Shown: one piece after another, positions 37,585-47,177 of the stretch
How the letters are laid out: each line of letters begins with the position of its first letter
Position numbering within the stretch: position 1 is the first letter of the stretch
Source: Fistulifera solaris
Lineage: Eukaryota
Assembly (NCBI GenBank): GCA_030295235.1
Contig: AP026152.1
Coordinates: forward strand, 620,001 to 684,000
Reading direction: 5' to 3'
Length of the DNA: 64,000 nucleotides
Position numbers and translations under genes: made by a program
The notes under the pieces: generated by a model
What the model was told of the DNA's origin: nothing
Seen by the model: only the letters and a program-made list of their open reading frames with translations
The model's database searches: none

Positions 37585-37640
37585 ACTATAGGTCGAAAGT
37601 GTTGTCCCTTTTCTCCACGACTGGACTCATTCATGAGTCA
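37585..37640 (+). repeat. Solo copy of the dispersed bipartite motif, upstream of CWC22
   Basis: ACTATAGGTCGAAAGTGTTGTCC..CCACGACTGGACTCATTCATGAGTCA. Confidence 0.7.
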
Positions 37641-38041
37641 CAACTAGCAACTTAGCTGATGAAGGTATCCAACAGTCCGGTTCATTGCCTGATTTTTAGG
37701 AGAGGTGAACACAATACGACTCTTCAACAGCTATTGTTGACTACGTCGCTTGTCACTCAATAACGATTTATCTGCAATAATCATGTCATGAGCGATCAAT
37801 CTTTTCTACCGGCCTTGGGTGCTAGAGTAGGTGCACCTCTACGATCACGCAACTAAGACTACACAGCACTAGTGTATGTGTTTTAGTGCAGAGTAATGCG
37901 TCCTCGATGGAACGTTTCAACGTAGCATCGATGGTATGCCATTCAAATGGGGCTATGTATTGAAGTGTCGTAGAAAACAAAACGATCAAAATCAATTTAC
38001 TTACTAATACCAACGTAGAGATACAAGCGGAAAACTCCGTG

Positions 38042-38884
38042 TTACACAACCAAGGGTGCGGTGGGAGGATGGCCTGTTTTTGACAAGTACACGCCGGGAT
38101 AAGTCTCGTATTCTCCCGTATGACGCAACATTTGAGCCGTGGCGCAGAAAGAGCACCAAACGGCACAACAGAGATCTTCACACCCGATACAATGTTGCTG
38201 ATCAATTTGGTAGCGTGCTCGGACGTTTTGTCGCGTACGATACAGTGAATAGACCGACCATGCAGTGAATAAAAACCCGCCAATATTGCGTAATAGGGGA
38301 ATAGCGACAGGTTCTTCACCCGGAGGATACGGCCACGCCGCGAGTTCCAGCGCCATGGAATAACAGACATAACAGGTCACCAAAACGAGTACAATACGAA
38401 ATGCTTTCTGTGTTTGCATCAGAGACCCAGGTTCACCGAGCCACGTCAATTGCATTCGACTGATGACTTGTCCCATGGCAATTTGTGTGCACAGCAAGGA
38501 ACACCACGTCGAAGGATGACAAAATCCTACGTTAAGAAAGTCAAACAATCCATCTTTCCATGCCCCCGTGGGAGCTTTCAGTCGTTCGCCGCTGTAACTA
38601 GAAGGAAGAGGAACCAGGAATATTTGTCCCTCTTCGACACCTCCTCCGGGCTTTACAAAGAAAGGGAATCGCTTGGGTGAGTTGAGAAGTCAAGTGCAAT
38701 CTACTTCACTATCCACTCTACTCACCACTTCGCAATTGAAAGCTTTTCGACTGTCTCCGTTAATTTCTGCTTCGAAAGTATAGCCAGCCGGCAAATTCGC
38801 TGGCGCAATCAAATGGACCATCATCGGAAGTGCCCCTTCTTCCTGCGAAGGATTTAAAGGTTCGGATGTTGCTGCTTTCTTCAT
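38042..38884 (-). CDS. PLAC8-family Cys-rich membrane protein; intron 38651-38725
   Basis: APANLPAGYTFEA..EV|PGGGVEEGQIF, WKDGLFD, RQNVRARYQI and CEDLCCAVWCSFCATAQMLRH. Confidence 0.87.
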
Positions 38885-39387
38885 TGCTACTGCTTCTTGC
38901 GTTTCATGCGCGTGGCAGCTTGTCTCGTAATCGAAATGGAGAAATAATGAAGAAACAAGAAAACGGAAAGAACAGACCCGGCCCTGGTCAAAAGTAAATT
39001 ATTTATCGAATGAAGGGCGGCGGACTTTTCAATTTTGAATTATCAACGGAGATGTCAGTGTGAAGCTTGTGTACGGGTAGGCGCGCACAGAAAGCCAGCC
39101 GATCTTATCCCAACTTTCAGCTAGGTAGTTTCAAAAAATAGTCTGTCGCAATCTTCTAATCGGAAATTCGCAACTCGATTCTATTGATAGCCGATAGACC
39201 TAGTAGAGAGCTAGGCTAACTTATTGGAGGGGAAATCCTAGAAACTAGATTTTCTTCAGTTGAGTTTCAAACAGAAGCAACCAGCTTCGGTATTCGAAGC
39301 GAGCAACAATTGATCCTAGCTAGTCAATAAAAAATATGTCTTTAGATAGTCAAGAACAACAGATCAGACTCGTCTACTATTTTTTAT

Positions 39388-40402
39388 TTAGTTAGGAGGA
39401 TAGACAGGTCGACTCGGTAGCTGGGGCGGCGACATAGCTTGGGGCGGACCCGGCGGCGGAGCCGTCAGCCCCTGAGGCCAGGCGGTTTGGGGTGTCAATA
39501 CCTGGGGAATGATAGTGGGATAACGAGGATCGCTTCGTAATTGCCGTACGTCCGCAAAGTTGTCCACTACCACATCGCCGGGGCCCTCATCGTCGCTGTA
39601 TTCAAGGGGACGGCGACGACTTCGGTCAAGCCGTCTTCGACAAATTTGTTGTTGACAATACGGATCGTTCCTCCTCCGGGCATTTCGCAGATGAAATGGT
39701 ATGGTTGACTTCCACCACCACACTTTAGGTCAAACTCTTGTGGCGTGTTATTGGGTCCTTGCAATACTTGTACTTTCAAATTGAACGACTTTTTACCGAC
39801 ATAAAACGACCATATGACGAGCTGCACACTTTTCACACTGGCGTCAAACGACCACGTGCGAACCGCACCTCCACCTTTCGGTTTGATGTTACCTCCTTGC
39901 ACTTTCGTTTTGACGCTATTTTCCCACACCGCATCCGTGTAGGCGGCAATGGCCTTGTTCCGCTCCTTTCCTGCGGGCATGACACCCGCGTACATTGGGA
40001 ACTCCGGATCGAATGTGCTGACTTTGACAACTTGCGGGGGTACATTTTCTTGAACTTGAGTACAGCACGGAAAGGGAATTTAATTCCATCTTCCGAGTCA
40101 ATCACCATCGTGTGTGTCGTTCGCAAAGGTCCACACCAGAGTTCTACCTTGGCCTTGAGCGGACGGCCTTCGGTCGTAAAGTACAGTTGGCATCGCTCTA
40201 CACCAGGAGGCATCTGGAAGGTTCGAACCGTGTTTCCACCGTCAAGGCGTTGTAACGGCATGTCAGGAACTAATTCAAAGGGAATGGCTTGCAATGGCGA
40301 AGCCGATGTTTTTGTCGGAGTCGTCTGAATAAGAAAAGCGACTGCCCCCATCATATAGGAAGCAAAGACGCATATTCCGAAGACTTCGCGGGTAAATTTC
40401 AT
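39388..40402 (-). CDS. Uncharacterised protein with signal peptide, two internal homologous domains and a Pro-rich tail; frameshifts ~40045 and ~39600
   Basis: Three overlapping ORFs join into one. GGNTVRTFQM..VERCQL..VELWCGP aligns with GGGAVRTWSF..VKSVQL..VQVLQGP. Presequence ends AVA-F. Confidence 0.7.
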
Positions 40403-40939
40403 CTTGGAAGTTGATTGTATTATGAAAAAAGCAGTCTGTCGAGGATCGGATTCCGATGTGCAGCAAATAAACGAACTGTTTGTGATTGTGATGGATTTCA
40501 GTGATGGATTGGTGGATGAACCGATCCTTGATGAAAGTCCGTGCGTACTTTGTGAGCGTTGGAAACAAAATCCGAAGTTTTCTCGGTGGGCTTACTATAG
40601 GTTTGAGTGAACGATTGAGTAACGGGTGAGACATCAACATCCAATGCGCCAAATGACGTATGTTTTTCTCAGAAAAACGATCCATCACTGTAAAGTCGAT
40701 AAGTAGCGTGGTTGGCACTGTGACTTGTAATGTACCGAACACGGAACGGCGCTTGTGAACCTGGCTTCATCACTTTTTGAAACGAACGATCGATCTAGGG
40801 AGGTAATGGTAGTCTATAACTGCCTGGTAAAAGGGCACGCGTAACAAACTAGAGAGCCATGAGATAGGCTAGGAGGAAGAGGTGTATACCGTAGAAAGAA
40901 AGAAGCACCATTCATCGAAAACTATTGCTAATTATCGAT

Positions 40940-43276
40940 CTATCCATAATGAGCAACCATAGTTTCGATTTGTTCCAAAAGTTTGTGACATATCTCTCCG
41001 CACTGATCAGGAAAATTGCTAGAGGCTGTCTGAGCAAGCTCCGAAACGTTTGACGCTTGCATTGCCTTGAGGTTCTCGTGAATCGCAAGTTCGTAGAGAA
41101 CTTCGCACGCGTGTTGCTGAACCTCCACTTGGTGACTGTACAAGACCATTGCCAATACAATAGCGTCCAGTCCTTCTTCCTCGACGATGCGGACTTTGCA
41201 TGTCTGATCGATGGCGAGGTTCGTCAGTAAAGCGCAGCCCATCTCCTGAACAACAGCAGAGTTATCAACGTGCGCTTGCATGGCATTGATGATGGCAGCG
41301 ATTCCGCCTACGTCAACAATGAGTCGCGAATTCTTTTCTTGAAGCGCCAACGTAAAGAGAGCGCGGCAACACCATTCCAAAACACCCACAGCGTCAGCAT
41401 GGACCCACATGGCTCTCACGAGAACATCTACACCTCCGCACTCTCCAATCAACGCACAGCTACCGGGGATCCCCGCGAGGTTCGACAACGTCCAAGCCCC
41501 CGCCTCTTGTACACCAACAGCATCCCTATGAATTTGCAGAGCCGCAATGGTCGCATCAATACCCCCAATGTTCGTTATCTCAACCTTATTCTCGTCACAG
41601 TTGGCGGAAAGGTTTCGAAGTCCTCTCAAAGCCTTTTCTTGCAATTCGGAACTCGGTGAATGCATTACCATAGCGATGGTCAACGCATTACCGCCTCCAT
41701 CGTCCATGATCTTCCTTTTCATGGATGAAGGATGTGACGAAAGATTTGCTATGACAAGGCATCCTTTCATCAGAATGAGTATATCATCGCTGTGTTTGGT
41801 CATCGAATTCACCACTTGTCTCACAACGCCGCGTTCCACCATCAATTCAACATTCAACTGTAAGGCTGCAAGATTGGCTAACGCAGCTAGGGCTTGCTCC
41901 TGAAGGTCCGCATTTTCGATAAAAATTTCCAAATTGCGAAGCAAAATGTCGATAGCTCCAGCGTCCACAAAAGCGTGTTGATTTTGTGGTATTCCGGTCG
42001 CGTTCCATATCGCCCCGCAACCGTAGACTTGTAAATCCGCCGACGACGCGAACGCGGTCATTGATTCCACAATGACTTCGATTCCGCCAACGTGCGATAA
42101 GGTGTTGCTCTCCTCTTCTGAAAAATGTATTTGCGAAAGTTTCCGCAGTCCTGCGAATATCACGTTTGTATTACCTTCATAATGTCTCATAATGCTTAAA
42201 ATTCCGACAAAGTCGGATCCCATGTTTTCGATCTGATCGACACCCGCAGTATCGGATTCTTGATTCGACATAACCTCATGAATGGCGACAGGTACCTCTT
42301 CGTCGTAATGATGGCTTTCCGAATGTTGCTCTAGATCGGTCTCCACGTGTACATCCAGCATCGACTGGGCATAGGTGAAGGAAGTGGCGTCATCCGATAT
42401 TCCCGACCCGATAGATCGCGAACTTCCGACTCTGAGACTACGACTGCTTCGACTGTATCGCCCTCCGGAACCATCCGATGCAGCAGGAGAATGAGGAACG
42501 AACGCCCCACCTCGATTCAGTACTCGTTGCGCTTGTCGCTCCATAAAAAGCGCTTCCTCGGTCGCTATTTGATCCAGCTGCTCCTGACTCAGGTCCGAAG
42601 GCATCCACATGTCGATCTCATCCTGCGAATGACTGGGTTGGATGTTATGGATTTGATTGCGAAGATCGCTGGGTAGATGATGATGATGCGGCGGTCGAGA
42701 TGATTCTGTGCCGGCCCCAATTCCCACCGGCGTCGAAAACGCCCGAGGTACTCCTCGAACCGGGCCTCGCGTAATGAAGGACCCATCGGATTGCTCGTCT
42801 CCATTCATCCGAGCCGATGAACCGGAATGCGAGGAAACACTCTGCGAACTCGGAGATATCATAGGTCCGGACATTGTTTGGCGGATCACGCGATTGGCGG
42901 GTGATTGTGTACTGCGAAAGCTACTCGGCGCGGGGGCCGTCCGTGAGGTCGACCCAAACGAGCGCTCGGAACGTCCTAAATTCAGTTGCGACAGATTGAA
43001 TCGTTCCAAGTCTTCATCGGTGGCTCTTCGTGAAACTGCCGGAATATCTTCACCGTCGCTCGCACTATCTTTGGATGACAAAGGATGACAATTCAGGCAA
43101 CGTCCCTTGAGTACTAATCCGTGTTCGGTAATCGGTATGGATTTGAACAGCTTTTTCTGAAAGCACTTTCTTCCGCACGTAATACATTCACCTCGTTTAC
43201 GTCGTTGCTCTTCCAACTGATCGCGGCTCATGACGGAGCCTGTGGCGCTGTCGAACGCATTCCCAAAGCCATCCAT
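40940..43276 (-). CDS. ARM-repeat protein with N-terminal CxxC-CxxC motif, paralogue B
   Basis: Intact ORF with about 7 ARM repeats (GGIEVIVESM..LQVYGCGAIWN, VQEAGAWTLSNL, VQEMGCALLTNL). Start codon uncertain. Confidence 0.85.
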   Translation of the reverse strand: MDGFGNAFDSATGSVMSRDQLEEQRRKRGECITCGRKCFQKKLFKSIPITEHGLVLKGRCLNCHPLSSKDSASDGEDIPAVSRRATDEDLERFNLSQLNLGRSERSFGSTSRTAPAPSSFRSTQSPANRVIRQTMSGPMISPSSQSVSSHSGSSARMNGDEQSDGSFITRGPVRGVPRAFSTPVGIGAGTESSRPPHHHHLPSDLRNQIHNIQPSHSQDEIDMWMPSDLSQEQLDQIATEEALFMERQAQRVLNRGGAFVPHSPAASDGSGGRYSRSSRSLRVGSSRSIGSGISDDATSFTYAQSMLDVHVETDLEQHSESHHYDEEVPVAIHEVMSNQESDTAGVDQIENMGSDFVGILSIMRHYEGNTNVIFAGLRKLSQIHFSEEESNTLSHVGGIEVIVESMTAFASSADLQVYGCGAIWNATGIPQNQHAFVDAGAIDILLRNLEIFIENADLQEQALAALANLAALQLNVELMVERGVVRQVVNSMTKHSDDILILMKGCLVIANLSSHPSSMKRKIMDDGGGNALTIAMVMHSPSSELQEKALRGLRNLSANCDENKVEITNIGGIDATIAALQIHRDAVGVQEAGAWTLSNLAGIPGSCALIGECGGVDVLVRAMWVHADAVGVLEWCCRALFTLALQEKNSRLIVDVGGIAAIINAMQAHVDNSAVVQEMGCALLTNLAIDQTCKVRIVEEEGLDAIVLAMVLYSHQVEVQQHACEVLYELAIHENLKAMQASNVSELAQTASSNFPDQCGEICHKLLEQIETMVAHYG

Positions 43277-43906
43277 TCTTGCTGAAATATGCAATGCCAG
43301 TTTTCACAGACTTTTCCTCTCAATCAACCGCTACTGTAGTTTGTTGCTTCTGTCGCCTTTTCTGTTTCCTTTTGTTAAGTTTGCTTGGAATCAATGCAAG
43401 TCGATGTTCGAATAATGATCGCAGAGATAGGCACTCGCGGACTTGTGGCTGTTCCCATGGTCACAGCTGTGTGTCTCGGATCTTCGCTTCATGTCTCCCC
43501 CTCGCGCAGTGTAAGTTGACCTCCTCGATGGTCTTCCTACTGATTGTTCTATACTTCTGGGGGGAAACAGGACCAAAAGCGACGCCGTCGCACAGTTCGT
43601 CACGCGGTGCGACCGCGCGCGCCCGACACCCATTTGTACTCTTTTGTTGGATCATTCTTGTATTCATGTTAGCTAGTAAGTATCGTTACGACATGGTTTT
43701 AGGGCGATGTCTTTCACTGTGACTGAGATTTATGGGAGGAACCTGGGACTGCGTTCCAGACGAAAAACGAAATGACTGGAGCGAAACTCCATCAAACTTA
43801 TTACGGTATGCTTCACCAACACAACATAGAACGCCAATCCATGCTCTCACCGCCTTACTTTACGCTCATGCGAATAAAACAAATTACTAGTTCCTTATTG
43901 AGTCTA

Positions 43907-45581
43907 TTAGGGACACTTTCGGTTGACGATCGCCGATCCCCATTCTTCGTATTCTTGTTTCGAAATCCACATTTCGTGAAAGTTTCCCAAACTCCCTAAT
44001 ATACTTCCCCCCTAACCAACTTAGGATGGCCCGCTCGGACAAGGAAGGTGTCAGCAAGCGCACCCTCCAACCCGGTGTGTGAGCATGAATCAAGGATTCA
44101 ATTTGATCGCGCAAATAATCCGGGACAGCCTGTTCGGTGGGACCCAAACAGGAGCCTCCTCCGCCCAATACGACGTTTCCCAACAGCGCGGCTTGTTGTT
44201 CCCGGTCACAGCGGTACGCGGCGTCGCATACCATCGAAGCAAGTGGTGAGGCCGTCAACTGATCGTCCAAAAGTGTTTGTAAGTGTTTCGTGCAAGCGCG
44301 ATTCAGTTGTCGATTGGAAAAGAGCCGGCTGGATAGTTGTTTTTGTTTCTGTGTTGCTGGCTGTTTGCTGCGGCGCTTTGACAAGCCAACGGCGGCTTCC
44401 TCGGAGAATTTGTCATCCTTCTCTGACTTTTCTTCCTCATCGTCGTCATTGTCGTCATATTGCGACTTCTCAATGATTTTCTTCAAATTCGATCGACAAT
44501 CTTCCAAATGCATCTCCCGCAATTCGACCGTTGCCGGTGAATAACCCAACATCAAATCCGCCGCCGCAAAACGATCCACGGAGGGAACATCCAGGACGGT
44601 TCCGTCCGGCAGTGTGAAGGATTTGCTGGGCGCATGGAACGCCGTATCGGTAATGTTGACTGCGGCTCCCGCTCCAAACTCCCGACATTCCCTCGCCAAT
44701 TCCATCCGTGCCGCAAAATGGATCGATGGACGCCGTTGCGGACGCGGCAGGGACTGTCCTTCCGGATCGACATACTGCTGTACCGGTCGCACTTGATACA
44801 GAGGTCGAATACCATCGTGCGCAGCCGGTTGTTTCGTTTTGTACAAGGCATCCAGTCGTTCTAGTATCAATCGATCCATTGCATGAACACCCGTGGGAGA
44901 CCGACGGATCCCCTTGGTTTCGGCAAATCCCTCAAAGACGGGTGTCACGGTGGTTCCGGAATGTCCAATGTCTATCACCGTCGCCGTCGTGCGACCACAT
45001 CCGTAACACATCAAGACAGCATCCTTCGCGATGAACGCGGCGGGGACGTTCATTTCTTCCATTAAGCATTCGAGCGTTTGCTGTCGAATCGCGGGTGTAT
45101 TGTAGGATCGCTCAATCATCAAAAAAGGATGCTCTTCGATTTTGGCTTGTTGCAATGCCGTACTGTATCCATGGTGTAAGAAATCGCGGAGCAAATCAAA
45201 GCCATCCGCGCCTTGCGTTGAATCCGGGTCGTACATGAGTCCGGATGTAGGATCGATGGGATTGCAGGTTTCCCAATTTCCGTCATCAAATGTTTTGCGT
45301 TGAATCGGATGAGTATAAAAATCGTGACAAACTCCTTGAATTCTCCGTGACTTGTCTCCTTGACGCAACACAGCTACATTCTAATATATAAATGAGGGTT
45401 TTATACGATGATGAGTACTCCAACACGATTCAAAGAAAAATGCGAGAATGAACAGAAGGATACGCACCGACGGAAAGTAACTTCGCGGAGCGTCATCGCC
45501 AGCCCAGCCAATCTTGGTCGAATAATGACCAATCTCGGCAACTACAGCTCCTATATCATCACCTCCTGCAAAAGCTGCCAT
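43907..45581 (-). CDS. ARP4: Actin-related protein, ARP4-like; intron 45381-45467, frameshift in C-run ~44008
   Basis: [43 protein letters not shown] and [10 protein letters not shown]. Frame-corrected C-terminus [31 protein letters not shown]. Confidence 0.88.
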
Positions 45582-45768
45582 TGTCTTTGATTGTTGATGA
45601 TTCTGATGGATCTGCGATGAAAGAAAGGGATGAATTTTTGAATTTGGTTTTGTCAAAATGCGAGGCGCGGTTTCATCCGCAGTCCGCAGTTTGCGTTATA
45701 TGCTGCGCGCCGCTTGACGGTCGACGCAGGGGCCGCCAGAAAAACCAGAGCGACATAGAATCGCCAGT

Positions 45769-46816
45769 ACTATCATACCAAGTGTAGATGACTTTTTTCA
45801 CGACTGGATTTTTAGTCACGAGCTGAAACGAGTTTGTCTGGACTCGAATAACAATTCTCAGAATTATTCTTGTCCCTGATGAATGTGTGGTGTCTGCAAG
45901 GGGAAACCACCTTGGTGTCTGGAAAACATATCTATTTTTTATAATGAGCCGAGGCTGAGTGTCAGTGCGTGTGTTTGTCCAAGTGTGTGTCAAGGGAGGA
46001 ACTTTTTTTGCCGCTTTTTTCCTTTTTTTTCTTGGTCGAGTAGTCTTGCAAACCCGCCAAGCGCCAACACCGAAGTACCTGGTAAGCTTTACCACCTACG
46101 GGTTCACTCACTCTGTTTGTCTTTTCTTTTTTCCACGAAAAGCGAGCCCCCCGCTTCCGCTTGCGGGAAGGGCGAGAACGAAAAAACTTCGCAGGGGGCT
46201 AGTCTGCCGCAGGCGAAAACATACAATAGTAGATCCAAAGCTGTTTATGCTCTCACCTTGGAATTTCGCGCAATTGCGATTTCAGCCGGCAATGTCTTCG
46301 AGTCCTGACTTCATGTTTTTACTACGATGCAAACAGTAGGTTGTACAATCCACGACTGGATTTTAGTCATGAGACTGCATCAATCCTTTTGTACAAGCAG
46401 CCTGCAGCGCGAATTTTTTTCTCCTTTTCGCGTTTGATTAAAGTTTCATTACAATAATAGATGTAAAGCTAATTATGCTCACACCTTGGAATTTCGCGCA
46501 ATTGCGATTTCAGCCGGCAAGGTTCTCGAATCCTGACCTTTATGTTTTAACTATGACGCAAACAGTTGGTTGTACCGATCCACGACTGGATTTCTGTCAT
46601 GACGAGACACTGCATCAATCCTTTTGTACATGCAACCTGCAGCGCGAAAAAAAGCTCCCGCAGGCGGCTAGTCTTTAAATTTATAGAGTATTTACAAACA
46701 CGTTTATTGCGTTGCTTGATCAGTTTGCGATGCTAGTTGTTCCGGACCCTCGATGGAGTATTGACTATAGGCTCAAAGTGTTGGTTGTAGGGCAACACGA
46801 CTGGAACTCAGTCATG
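45769..46816 (+). repeat. Intergenic repeat region: 228-bp tandem duplication (46222-46448, 46450-46675) and four copies of the bipartite motif (45769, 46321, 46550, 46764)
   Basis: CACCTTGGAATTTCGCGCAATTGCGATTTCAGCCGGCAA occurs twice, 228 bp apart. CACGACTGGA occurs at ~45799, 46351, 46581 and 46796. Confidence 0.9.
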
Positions 46817-47177
46817 GGCTACAATGTTTTATTGCTGATTATGCTGCGTAATAAAATTTTGTTGTTGCGATGATCAAGGACTACTTGATCAAACAATCGT
46901 CATTGTTACAATATACGAAGGTGCAATTCTACTTGTCTAGTTATTAAATAGGAAACATGAGCAGATTGATTCGTCTTGCGCGATTGGAGCGGTTTTCTTT
47001 TGTGAAAACGGCAAGTTGAAAGCGTTTACGAAAACCGCACCTTGAAACCGTTTCCACCATGATAAAACGGCACCTTCACGAATCAAAAATGGCTTCTCCC
47101 AAACTCAAAATGATCTCACAAAATATTCATTCGAGCAATCGAAAACATCACAACACACAAGAAGCTCTCGATTCATC

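Noticed and set aside
46760..46830. Functional tRNA gene
   Set aside because: Only a loose D-arm/anticodon-arm resemblance; no T-arm or acceptor pairing downstream. Kept only as a hypothesis for the motif's origin.
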